From a virus: a stretch of 64,000 nt of DNA. The notes under the pieces are model-generated. The model saw only the letters and a list, made by a program, of their open reading frames with translations, had not been told where the DNA came from and did not search any database. The DNA lies in the IMG/VR virus record IMGVR_UViG_3300031454_000001, positions 7,546 through 71,545 of that record. One strand, 5' to 3'. Shown here one piece after another: positions 18,077 through 26,291 of this stretch. How positions within the stretch are numbered: position 1 is the stretch's first letter; each line of letters begins with the position of its first letter. The position numbers and the translations under genes are program-made.

Positions 18077-18445
18077 TTAATAAACGGGCTGCCTTAATGT
18101 AGTTTCATACATCTTTATTATTTTATCATCGCAAGATTCGGCGACTATTTCAACGGGCATTGGTTCACTTGACATAAACCGGGCAATGCTATTCAACGCT
18201 TCAATTTTTGCCTTTAAAAAAACTTCTTTTGTTGTGCGCTCGGCATTCTCATACATGCTTAAGATCTGAGCCCAGTTGATGCTGTAGTCGTTTGAGATAG
18301 AGCAACTGCCCATTTCGTATCTTGTAATAACCTGACAGTTATTTTTGTCCTTGAAATAGACTGTATTGTATTCATTTTTGAAGTAGCAGGGAAAGTCTAA
18401 CTCGTATTTTATTTCGTGTCCCTGGACATAGTTTGTGATTTGCAT
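18077..18445 (-). CDS. Hypothetical protein (paralogue of 11851..12195)
   Basis: 122-aa ORF; FPCYFK, CSI and MYEN motifs. Confidence 0.65.
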   Translation of the reverse strand: MQITNYVQGHEIKYELDFPCYFKNEYNTVYFKDKNNCQVITRYEMGSCSISNDYSINWAQILSMYENAERTTKEVFLKAKIEALNSIARFMSSEPMPVEIVAESCDDKIIKMYETTLRQPVY

Positions 18446-18456
18446 GGTTGATTGGT

Positions 18457-18567
18457 TTATTCGATTATTAATGTAACTATGAAGTATATGCTGAAGAAAA
18501 TAAAAACTAATATTATAATAGTGATTGCAAGCATTAAAGCCACTTCGAAGAATTTTTTAAATTTCAT
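18457..18567 (-). CDS. 36-aa single-pass membrane peptide
   Basis: MKFKKFFEVALMLAITIIILVFIFFSIYFIVTLIIE (manual translation). Confidence 0.6.
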   Translation of the reverse strand: MKFKKFFEVALMLAITIIILVFIFFSIYFIVTLIIE

Positions 18568-18600
18568 ATTGCTATACATTGTAGTTGATTGGTTGAAGTT

Positions 18601-18711
18601 TTATACAATTATAAATCTGAATATTATAAAAAGGACGTAGCCACATAGAACTTGAATTGCAACTGCTAGTATAATCCATAAAATCCCTCTTAAAACGTCT
18701 TTAAATTTCAT
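18601..18711 (-). CDS. 36-aa single-pass membrane peptide
   Basis: MKFKDVLRGILWIILAVAIQVLCGYVLFIIFRFIIV (manual translation). Confidence 0.6.
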   Translation of the reverse strand: MKFKDVLRGILWIILAVAIQVLCGYVLFIIFRFIIV

Positions 18712-18715
18712 ATTG

Positions 18716-18892
18716 CTATGCTTTTGTCAATTTGTCAAATCTATTATTTATGTAAGCCTTAGCTCTGCGGAAGGCGCTAAATGTTTCTCCCAGGCAAAAC
18801 ACTAATCCTTTCTCTTTGAACATCGCAAAGCCTTTGTATTTGCGTATGTGTATTTCTGTTAGTTCGTCAACAAGGACGAATGTGCGTGTCAT
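18716..18892 (-). CDS. 58-aa hypothetical protein
   Basis: Manual translation MTRTFVLVDELTEIHIRKYKGFAMF...KLTKA; stop abuts the next start. Confidence 0.5.
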   Translation of the reverse strand: MTRTFVLVDELTEIHIRKYKGFAMFKEKGLVFCLGETFSAFRRAKAYINNRFDKLTKA

Positions 18893-18904
18893 GGTTAAGC
18901 TGCT

Positions 18905-19177
18905 TTAAGTTTTATGTTTTACCATCCTCCTTTTCAGTTCATTGATAGAAGATGCTTTATACTCCGGCGTCCTGCCATTCAAGTATTGCCAATCAAATCC
19001 CTCTATCAGTATTGCAGGACTATCCTTGGTACCATTTCGTGCTTTTTTTAGCCACACCTTTCCCCTCTGAAGGATTTCCATTGTCTTTGCTTCGCTTATC
19101 CATTTGGGCGATTGCTGCAATTCCATTCTTTTAAGAATGTTTTCTATGCTTGCTAATCTTTGATATATTGAAGTCAT
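18905..19177 (-). CDS. Excisionase-like / winged-helix DNA-binding protein
   Basis: KWISEAKTMEILQRGKVWLKKAR; located just downstream of Cro. Confidence 0.55.
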   Translation of the reverse strand: MTSIYQRLASIENILKRMELQQSPKWISEAKTMEILQRGKVWLKKARNGTKDSPAILIEGFDWQYLNGRTPEYKASSINELKRRMVKHKT

Positions 19178-19225
19178 CTAATACTACTTTTAGGTAATTG
19201 CATTCCTAAGTGGATGCACTTAGTT

Positions 19226-19420
19226 TTACGCTTCGATAAAATCCTCATGCTTTAAAGCCTTCCGTTGAAATACCTTCTTTGCCTTTTCTGAAGTCAGTCT
19301 GTCGTCATTGGCCCTAACCCATCTTACGATGGTAATAGGAGATTTACCGAAAGCATCTGCAAGTGCTCCGATGACCTCCTGAGGGAGCACTTGCTTTTCA
19401 TTAGTTTGTTTCTTTGTCAT
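19226..19420 (-). CDS. Cro-like HTH regulator
   Basis: LADAFGKSPITIVRWV helix-turn-helix; divergent from repressor. Confidence 0.7.
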   Translation of the reverse strand: MTKKQTNEKQVLPQEVIGALADAFGKSPITIVRWVRANDDRLTSEKAKKVFQRKALKHEDFIEA

Positions 19421-19446
19421 GTTTTATATTTGTTACAATTCTGATT

Positions 19447-19477
19447 CAAATGTAAGTTGGAATTTCCAATATAACAA
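19447..19477 (-). promoter_or_regulatory. Bacteroidota-type leftward (lytic) promoter with operator between -33 and -7
   Basis: -7 TACATTTG (19454-19447), TTG 20 nt upstream, palindrome TTGGAA-T-TTCCAA at 19457-19469. Confidence 0.7.
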
Positions 19478-19536
19478 GTTTTTTTATTGATTTTATAAAT
19501 ATTCGAAAATATTTAAATTTCCAACATTTTTATTAG

Positions 19537-19992
19537 ATGAATCACAAAAAAGAGTTGAAAGAGTTGATTAAAACGATAAAGGATGCTACTGGCTTAACTC
19601 AACAGAAGATATCCAGCGGTGCTGGGTATGAGAAAAATTCTATATCACAGGCATTAGCTAAAAAGGAAGGACATGAACCAGTAATTAAAAGGCTTCAATT
19701 AGTATATAAAATTGTATTGGAAAATCCAACAGGATTTAAAGAGTTTGAAGAAAATGAGAAGGCTAAACAGGAGCTATCAAAAACAACAATGCCCGGAAAT
19801 TCTCCGAGCATTGAACAGGACTTAAAAAAGACCAAAGACGATTTGATAGCAAGCCTAAAACGTGAGAACGAATTTCTTAAAGCTAGTTCAACCGATTTGA
19901 AGGAAAGGATAACATTAAGTCAGGCGCTAATTGAACAGCTTTACAATCATTTGAACATCCCTTTACCTGGTATTGATAAAGGCAAAGCTTAA
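19537..19992 (+). CDS. CI-like XRE repressor
   Basis: GLTQQKISSGAGYEKNSISQAL HTH, coiled-coil C-terminus, divergent from Cro. Confidence 0.75.
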   Translation: MNHKKELKELIKTIKDATGLTQQKISSGAGYEKNSISQALAKKEGHEPVIKRLQLVYKIVLENPTGFKEFEENEKAKQELSKTTMPGNSPSIEQDLKKTKDDLIASLKRENEFLKASSTDLKERITLSQALIEQLYNHLNIPLPGIDKGKA

Positions 19993-20207
19993 GCCGAAAA
20001 GGAATAGAGAATCCAGCTAAAGGGCAATCGTTTCGTTTAGGACATACAGAGCATGCAATTGTTTTTTTCATAATGACTTGGCTTTAGATAACACTGCAAT
20101 CATTGAATTTTGTTTCAGGCATGATGCATAGTGGAGTATTAAACTTAAACAATATTTTAATAAAATCAAAGGAATAATTAGTAAATATTTATTCCCGTAT
20201 AAAAATA

Positions 20208-20489
20208 TTGACCGTGAATAATCCTGAAGTAAAAAAGAAGTTCCCATGGGCGCTATACTTATCAACCGTCATCATATTATTAGCAGCAGGGCTAATTTTC
20301 AAAAACCCAGAATTTAGCAATAAAGCCGGTTATACCGAAAAGATAACGGACAGTAGCTGGGAAACCCACCCACAAAGAGTGGTTGTATCCTATCCAGATT
20401 TTGACTTTAAAAGTGCATTCATTGCAGCAATATCAACAATTATTTGTTTTAAAATCTATGAACTTGTAAGAAATAAACTGGACGTTTAA
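20208..20489 (+). CDS. Small two-TM membrane protein (lysogeny region)
   Basis: Two hydrophobic segments; same strand as and downstream of the repressor. Confidence 0.6.
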   Translation: MTVNNPEVKKKFPWALYLSTVIILLAAGLIFKNPEFSNKAGYTEKITDSSWETHPQRVVVSYPDFDFKSAFIAAISTIICFKIYELVRNKLDV

Positions 20490-20572
20490 GTTAAAAAATT
20501 AAGGTTAATTGGATATCCGCTATCCTCACAAAAGCCACAGGTGCCGGTTTTTCTTTCCGGACATTTTTTATT

Positions 20573-21778
20573 TTATATCGTCCTCAACACCCCTGCCTGC
20601 TCTGATATACTTTCCCCTGTAAGGTGGTAGTAAATTGATACTGTACCTACTGTAACGGCCATTAGTTCCGCCGTAACGCTTTTAGGTATTTTATTTTCAG
20701 CGCACATAGTAGCAAAAGAATGCCGGGCCACATGGGTAGTGATGTTCTTGCTGGTTTCAAGCATTACAGCCAGCACCTTTAAATTATCCCTTGTTTTGCG
20801 CTGGCTGATAGGCGCCGGCAAAGTAGCTACTACTTCAAAAATGCCTACCAGCGTAGGACCGATTGGCAATACAACCCATTGACCGGATTTCCTTGTTTTA
20901 ATGGGCCTTAGCCTTAATAAGTCGCCGGACACCATGGACATAGCATTAGCCCAGTCCGAATACCGCAACCCGGAAAAAACACCCATAAGGAAGTAAGTAA
21001 GTGAAGCATATAATGAACCCGTTACTCTTTTCTCTTTCCAAAACTTTACCCACTTGTCCCGCTCATGCATTTCCAGGAACGTCCGCTCTGTCTGTACATA
21101 TTTAGGAATAGTAAAATTATGGAAGGGATTTATTTTTATCACGCCTTCTTTATATGCATGCGTTATAACGGTGCGAAACCACTTGAAAGTTGTGTTAAGG
21201 GTGTTTTGCCCCATACCCCGTGATCTTTCCGCAGATTCATATTTACGAAGAAAGGTAGCGTCAATGGAGCTTAAAGCAAGCTGGCTTCCGGCAAAAGATT
21301 TTAACCGGTTTATCTCCTTATTATAATTTGTGCGGGAACCAGTCACCTGCGACAGGTCTTTATATACTTTCAGATCAGCAGCATACTCAAAGAAGTTTTT
21401 GCCTGACACCTTGCCTTTTAGTTCATCCTTAATCATTTGGCCCGATACCGGCTTTCCTTCAATAGATTTATTTACTATTATGCGCTCTATTTCGCTGATC
21501 GTTTTTCGCAGATCAATGTTACAGTTTTTGTAGTTTGGGTAACTGGATTTTATTTCCCTGGTACTACCATCCCAATATTTTTGTTCTATCTTGTAGGGGG
21601 TAGAAATATAGGTTATTTTTCGGTTAAAAGTAATGGCTATGTATATAGGATATTGATTACCGTTATATACAGCATGTTTCCATAATAGCAAGCGAACGGA
21701 GTGAGGTATCATCTTAGTAAGATAGTTGGTTAGACAATAGTAAGACAAAACCTTTAAATTAATGTCTTTATTTACCAA
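20573..21778 (-). CDS. Tyrosine recombinase / phage integrase
   Basis: N-terminal arm-binding (YPIYIAITFNRK) and SAM-like domains; GLRYSD, HVARHSF and C-terminal Tyr. Confidence 0.93.
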   Translation of the reverse strand: MVNKDINLKVLSYYCLTNYLTKMIPHSVRLLLWKHAVYNGNQYPIYIAITFNRKITYISTPYKIEQKYWDGSTREIKSSYPNYKNCNIDLRKTISEIERIIVNKSIEGKPVSGQMIKDELKGKVSGKNFFEYAADLKVYKDLSQVTGSRTNYNKEINRLKSFAGSQLALSSIDATFLRKYESAERSRGMGQNTLNTTFKWFRTVITHAYKEGVIKINPFHNFTIPKYVQTERTFLEMHERDKWVKFWKEKRVTGSLYASLTYFLMGVFSGLRYSDWANAMSMVSGDLLRLRPIKTRKSGQWVVLPIGPTLVGIFEVVATLPAPISQRKTRDNLKVLAVMLETSKNITTHVARHSFATMCAENKIPKSVTAELMAVTVGTVSIYYHLTGESISEQAGVLRTI

Positions 21779-21832
21779 CTTAGACCATAAAAGTGGTATT
21801 TAAATTTGTCTCAAAGCAAGGCTGGTAAAGGG

Positions 21833-21883
21833 AAAGCCGCTATGATAGCGGCTTTAAAGAAAAATACCCAGTGATCCCGCTGG
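21833..21883. mobile_element. Putative attP: 13-bp core GTGATCCCGCTGG plus terminator-like hairpin
   Basis: Minus-strand CCAGCGGGATCAC resembles a Bacteroidota tRNA 3' end (recalled as tRNA-Arg TCT); AAAGCCGC-7 nt-GCGGCTTT hairpin follows; adjacent to integrase. Confidence 0.65.
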
Positions 21884-22097
21884 TATTAAACTCGCTTACT
21901 GAAAGCTAGTGCAGTATTGATTTATAGGATATCAACATACATAAGTAAGACAGTACAAAGATATACCCCCTAAAAAAAGAGCATTTTATTTTATTATTAG
22001 CCTAATAATTTTAGCAATTTATTACTAAGTTTGCTAGTATGCCGCTATATTTTTTTACAATAACTTTAAAATCTGGCCACTGCTATGAAATAAATTG

Positions 22098-22733
22098 TTA
22101 TTGCTTGAATATATTAGCTTCAGACGCTGCCCACGCAGCTTTCATATCTGACTTGCTATTAAAACTATCATCTAAAACAACATGAAAATAAAAGTTGCCG
22201 CTGAAAAATTCAGAACTGTAAAACAGCCCGCTCGCAGCTTCACTTTTAACGGACCAAAGTTGCAAATCAGCCTGGTTACGGGCAATGTTTACCGGCGAAT
22301 GTAAATCCCAATTATTTGCAACCCAGTCCGAAAGTTGAGCATGAGTTGTAGCAGGTGATTGCATCAATTTTTGAGTTTGATTTCCAGCAAAGTCTCCGTA
22401 ACCATGTGTCCAAAGAAATGAACCTACAGCAATTTTTTGCGGAATACCGTACCAGGTAACAGCGGTAAACTTTTCAATCTTTAGTCTATTAAAATCTGAT
22501 TCAAATATCTGCATTATTCGATCATCGCTTATTAGCTGACCAAATTTTAAACCATCGCCAGGCTGAACCAAATGGCCGATGCCAACGGTAAGCAAGCCCT
22601 TTGAATCTTTATAAACATTATTTTTCACACCTTCACGCAGGATTAAATAGCGGAAAAAATGGCGCTTAAAGCCTTGAAGTTTTAAGGTACTAATCCATAA
22701 CTTATTTAAATATTCTTTTTGTTTTGCGGTCAT
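22098..22733 (-). CDS. Endolysin, GH24/T4-lysozyme-like
   Basis: LILREG..NVYKDSKGLLTVGIGHL catalytic motif. Confidence 0.88.
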   Translation of the reverse strand: MTAKQKEYLNKLWISTLKLQGFKRHFFRYLILREGVKNNVYKDSKGLLTVGIGHLVQPGDGLKFGQLISDDRIMQIFESDFNRLKIEKFTAVTWYGIPQKIAVGSFLWTHGYGDFAGNQTQKLMQSPATTHAQLSDWVANNWDLHSPVNIARNQADLQLWSVKSEAASGLFYSSEFFSGNFYFHVVLDDSFNSKSDMKAAWAASEANIFKQ

Positions 22734-22811
22734 GGTTAATGATTATAAAACCTTAAATATTTTATTGAAATTTGTATTTAATTATCACAATGCCACTTCC
22801 GCCAGCAACTG

Positions 22812-24635
22812 TTATTTATAGCCAATTAAATAAATTTTCAAACCTTTTGCTCCGGTTCCCGCAACAGTTATATCCACTGTCATTTCAGCATCATCAGTAA
22901 GCCCAATGGTTGACCGGTTGTTAGCGGATGTGCCAGATATAACGGGGGGCGTTGTTGCTGTTGTTGATGTTTTTTCGTTTGCATTAATCGTAACCAGTGT
23001 GCTTAATACACTCGTGCCATTTTGTTTTACGTCAATGGTAGGCAATCCGCTCGTGCTGGCAGTATTAACGGACGCTCTAACAGATAACAGCCTCATTGCA
23101 TATGGCATCCTAAATGTCAGCTTAGACGTTCCTGTAGTAATAGTAGTGGGTTCGTCACTGACAGCCACAACCATTTCAACCGGGATTCCTAGTGTCGATG
23201 AACTGTACAACCCGATATTATTATATTCAAGATAGCCGGCGTTAGTGCCTTGTTTTTTGACTTCTAACTGACCATAATATTGTGAAGGAGGACCTTGACA
23301 GTCATTGTTAAAAAAATGTATATTGGTAGTATTATTCAAATACAAAGGATCATTTCTTCTACCGTTAGTAACATTATAGATACGATTACCAAAAACGGAT
23401 ACATCATTGATTGTTCCAAGTTGTACTGCTGAAAAATAAATAGAATTATTATTGTCAATTCTATTCCAATTGTAAATCGTATTGCCTGAAATTTGTGTAT
23501 GTAAAATTTTTGCCGTACTAAAAGGAATAAGTCTTATAGCACTTTGTCCACTATTTGAAAAAGTGTTGCCTTTTATAATCACATTATTTACTATGTAATC
23601 ACCTGTAGTAGCATTTGAGTTATCAACTTGTCCATTAATAAAATTATTTATTGTGTTATCCGTGATTTCAACTTTATCAATAGCGGCTACAGAAGGGTGT
23701 ATAAAAACGCCAATTGATTGCCCAGTGACAGTTGTTGATCCTTCTTGCCCACTGATAATATTGTTTGAAATTTTAACATCATCACCAGATTCAATGTTAA
23801 TACCGTACTCATAACAATTTGTAAAGGAATTACCTACAATAAAAGCAGTAGTTTTTGTTGTATCTGCCCTCCTGCCATCGTATTCGATAGCGAAGTTTGC
23901 ACCTTCTGCTATATTGCCCTGCATGATTAATCGCTCGATAATTTGAGGATTATAAGCGTCATGGTTGCAACTATAAACCTTGTTGTTTCTCATGATACAT
24001 TCAACCGCATCCCATACTGCAAAGCATTCTTTGTTTAGGGTATCAGCTCGTACTCCTTCTATTAATACCTTATTCATTCTGTTTGCTGCGGTTCCAAGAA
24101 ATATACCTCCATCACTATCGGTGGCTCCAGGCGCTTCGTAGCCTCGTCCAGTTGTTCCTACTATTCTAAAATTCTTGAATGTGTAATTTCTAGCTCGCAA
24201 AACGGCAGCATCATTAATGGATTTGTAATATTCGATTGTGTACCCGTTGAGACTTGTTGATTTTCTTCGTAAGATGGTTGATTCACCGTCGCCAATTAAA
24301 ACAACGCCTGGCTTTACAAACAAGTTAGATATAATACCTTCAGCGCTTGATGTGGACATGCTGTAGGTGCCGGATGGCATGTGCACTACTTTCTTTTGCG
24401 TGTACCCTGAATCCAGCGCCCGTTGAATTGCCGCTCTATCATCTGCGATGCCATCCCCAATTGCGCCAAAATCTTTAATGTTAATTGCAGAACTAGTTGC
24501 TTTTGTTGCTATAACGCTATCAGCCGAAACCTGTCCTGATAAGGTAGTCGGAGTTCCAATTATAATCTGCCTGGCTTGTGAAAAAGCATCTGCAGATGAT
24601 AGTAAGGCAAAGAATAATAATAATTTATACATCAT
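22812..24635 (-). CDS. Right-handed beta-helix (pectate-lyase-3-like) tailspike/depolymerase with signal peptide
   Basis: INIKDFGAIGDGIADDRAAIQRAL; beta-helix repeats; C-terminal SDE..ITTGT.KLTFRMPYAM domain seen in phage virion proteins. Confidence 0.8.
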   Translation of the reverse strand: MMYKLLLFFALLSSADAFSQARQIIIGTPTTLSGQVSADSVIATKATSSAINIKDFGAIGDGIADDRAAIQRALDSGYTQKKVVHMPSGTYSMSTSSAEGIISNLFVKPGVVLIGDGESTILRRKSTSLNGYTIEYYKSINDAAVLRARNYTFKNFRIVGTTGRGYEAPGATDSDGGIFLGTAANRMNKVLIEGVRADTLNKECFAVWDAVECIMRNNKVYSCNHDAYNPQIIERLIMQGNIAEGANFAIEYDGRRADTTKTTAFIVGNSFTNCYEYGINIESGDDVKISNNIISGQEGSTTVTGQSIGVFIHPSVAAIDKVEITDNTINNFINGQVDNSNATTGDYIVNNVIIKGNTFSNSGQSAIRLIPFSTAKILHTQISGNTIYNWNRIDNNNSIYFSAVQLGTINDVSVFGNRIYNVTNGRRNDPLYLNNTTNIHFFNNDCQGPPSQYYGQLEVKKQGTNAGYLEYNNIGLYSSSTLGIPVEMVVAVSDEPTTITTGTSKLTFRMPYAMRLLSVRASVNTASTSGLPTIDVKQNGTSVLSTLVTINANEKTSTTATTPPVISGTSANNRSTIGLTDDAEMTVDITVAGTGAKGLKIYLIGYK

Positions 24636-24696
24636 TGAAATGTTTTTCTATCTTTATGATTGCTTTATTTTGTCGGGAAGGACAAAATGGTGTTAA

Positions 24697-24722
24697 GACC
24701 GCTTTGAAAGAGCGGTTTTTTG
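24697..24722. terminator. Hairpin terminator
   Basis: ACCGCT-TTGAAAG-AGCGGT followed by a T-tract on the plus strand. Confidence 0.5.
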
Positions 24723-24726
24723 TTTT

Positions 24727-25242
24727 TTAAGCCGTTACGGGTGTTGCCGGAGCAGATTCCAATAGATCAATCTTTTTTTCAAGAAAATAAGTAGCAGCCA
24801 TCCCATCAGCAACACTTTCTTTTAAATTAGGAACTGTTTCATCAGCGTGTGATGCATGCAGTAACAATGTTGATGCAAGCTTAGCCGCTGTTCCGTTCTG
24901 ATCTGTTTCAGACCTCTTTTTAAATGCCTCACCAAAACATTGAAGTTTCTCAAGTAATGTAGGTTTGCCTAAACAATCAGTTGTTAGCTGCATTTTATCA
25001 ACACCTTTTTCAACTACTGAAAGAATCTTTTCTTTCTCCGCTTCTGTTTTGTTTTGCAACTTGTCGCCCAAAAGGCTTTCGATAGTCATTACCTCCGGCG
25101 ACCTGGCAATACCGATAATTCTTTTTACAAATTCAATGATAAAAGGCATGTTTTCTTCAACGAAGTGTTCATACTTTTTAAGTCCGGCAAATAGCCTTAC
25201 AAAAAAGTTTCCGATTTTGTCCAATCTTTCTTTAAGTGTCAT
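24727..25242 (-). CDS. Hypothetical protein (lysis region)
   Basis: 171-aa ORF. Confidence 0.65.
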   Translation of the reverse strand: MTLKERLDKIGNFFVRLFAGLKKYEHFVEENMPFIIEFVKRIIGIARSPEVMTIESLLGDKLQNKTEAEKEKILSVVEKGVDKMQLTTDCLGKPTLLEKLQCFGEAFKKRSETDQNGTAAKLASTLLLHASHADETVPNLKESVADGMAATYFLEKKIDLLESAPATPVTA

Positions 25243-25269
25243 TTTTTTATTTTTTGAGTTATTAAATAC

Positions 25270-25515
25270 TTAGTTTCTGTGTGTTGCCGATAAGAAATTT
25301 ATTTCTTTAGTTTGCTTTTCAATCATTCGTGATTGCTCCCTGGCTACTGCCTCCAAAGCCTCATACGCTTTCCTATCATTTTGCATTTCCAATTCTAGTT
25401 GAATGTTCCTTTGTTCTAGTTCAATGTTCCTTTGCCACATGAAGAAGAATCTTATAGCAAGGATATAAAGAACTGCAAAAAGAATGATGATTAATATCGT
25501 TAATGAGCCTGTCAT
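25270..25515 (-). CDS. Membrane-anchored coiled-coil protein (i-spanin-like)
   Basis: N-terminal TM helix followed by coiled coil, in lysis cassette. Confidence 0.5.
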   Translation of the reverse strand: MTGSLTILIIILFAVLYILAIRFFFMWQRNIELEQRNIQLELEMQNDRKAYEALEAVAREQSRMIEKQTKEINFLSATHRN

Positions 25516-25946
25516 GCACTTTGCTTTCTTGCTTCCTCTTTTATTTCGCTATTTGTAAGTGATGCCGGTTGAATGACCTCTCCTTCAATTTTAGCATTCT
25601 TAATGGTAGCTGTTTGTTCATAACCACGACTTTTCGGATCCGGCATAAACGCAAATCCAAATACTAGTGTTAACTGAATAATAAGCTGGGCCCAGGTAAA
25701 GTGACCGGTGTTTAATACCGTTTCAAATGCATATCCGAAATTGCCAATTATGCCGATTATACTGGCAGATTGTCCTCTCCAATTTTTTGCTACATAACTG
25801 ATTGCGGCCATGCCTAAAGCTATTCCTACCACCTTTCCGTCTACTTGTGTTTCACTTGAAAATTGCTGTAATGTAAGCAGTATAGCACCTGCTAAACCGA
25901 AGATGAATACTTTGTATTCCATCCACAAATTTTTAATTTTAGTCAT
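25512..25946 (-). CDS. Putative holin
   Basis: Several hydrophobic segments with charged C-terminus, upstream of endolysin. Confidence 0.55.
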   Translation of the reverse strand: MTKIKNLWMEYKVFIFGLAGAILLTLQQFSSETQVDGKVVGIALGMAAISYVAKNWRGQSASIIGIIGNFGYAFETVLNTGHFTWAQLIIQLTLVFGFAFMPDPKSRGYEQTATIKNAKIEGEVIQPASLTNSEIKEEARKQSA

Positions 25947-25959
25947 TGTATTGTTTTTT

Positions 25960-26229
25960 TTATTTTGATTTATTTTCAGTTATTTCGAATTCTAATTTTG
26001 TCATACGTTCACCACCCCTAAACTGTTCCATCTGTATTTTATTCACTGATGTTTCAATTGATGATATGTGTTCTGTGTTAACTGTTGCCCGTTCTTCAAG
26101 CCTTATCAGCCGGTCGTTTAGATCACCAAGCCGGGAGTAAGTGCCTAAAATCGCTGCTGTTGTTATAGCTAATACAATAGTTTGTATCCACTTTAATACG
26201 TCTTGATTTTTTTGTTGCCTATCTTCCAT
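25960..26229 (-). CDS. Small TM + coiled-coil protein (lysis/holin-like)
   Basis: One TM helix followed by leucine-zipper-like segment. Confidence 0.55.
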   Translation of the reverse strand: MEDRQQKNQDVLKWIQTIVLAITTAAILGTYSRLGDLNDRLIRLEERATVNTEHISSIETSVNKIQMEQFRGGERMTKLEFEITENKSK

Positions 26230-26291
26230 AATTAATTAATTAGTTGTTGTTATGAATTTTCGTTTACTCGGTATCGTTACCCTTGTTATCA

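Noticed and set aside
18452-18640. Plus-strand 62-aa hydrophobic ORF
   Set aside because: Antisense shadow of the two 36-aa minus-strand peptides, which fit operon direction and share a start context
19883-20265. Cys-rich minus-strand ORFs opposite the repressor 3' end
   Set aside because: Overlap the repressor or lack recognisable features; insufficient support
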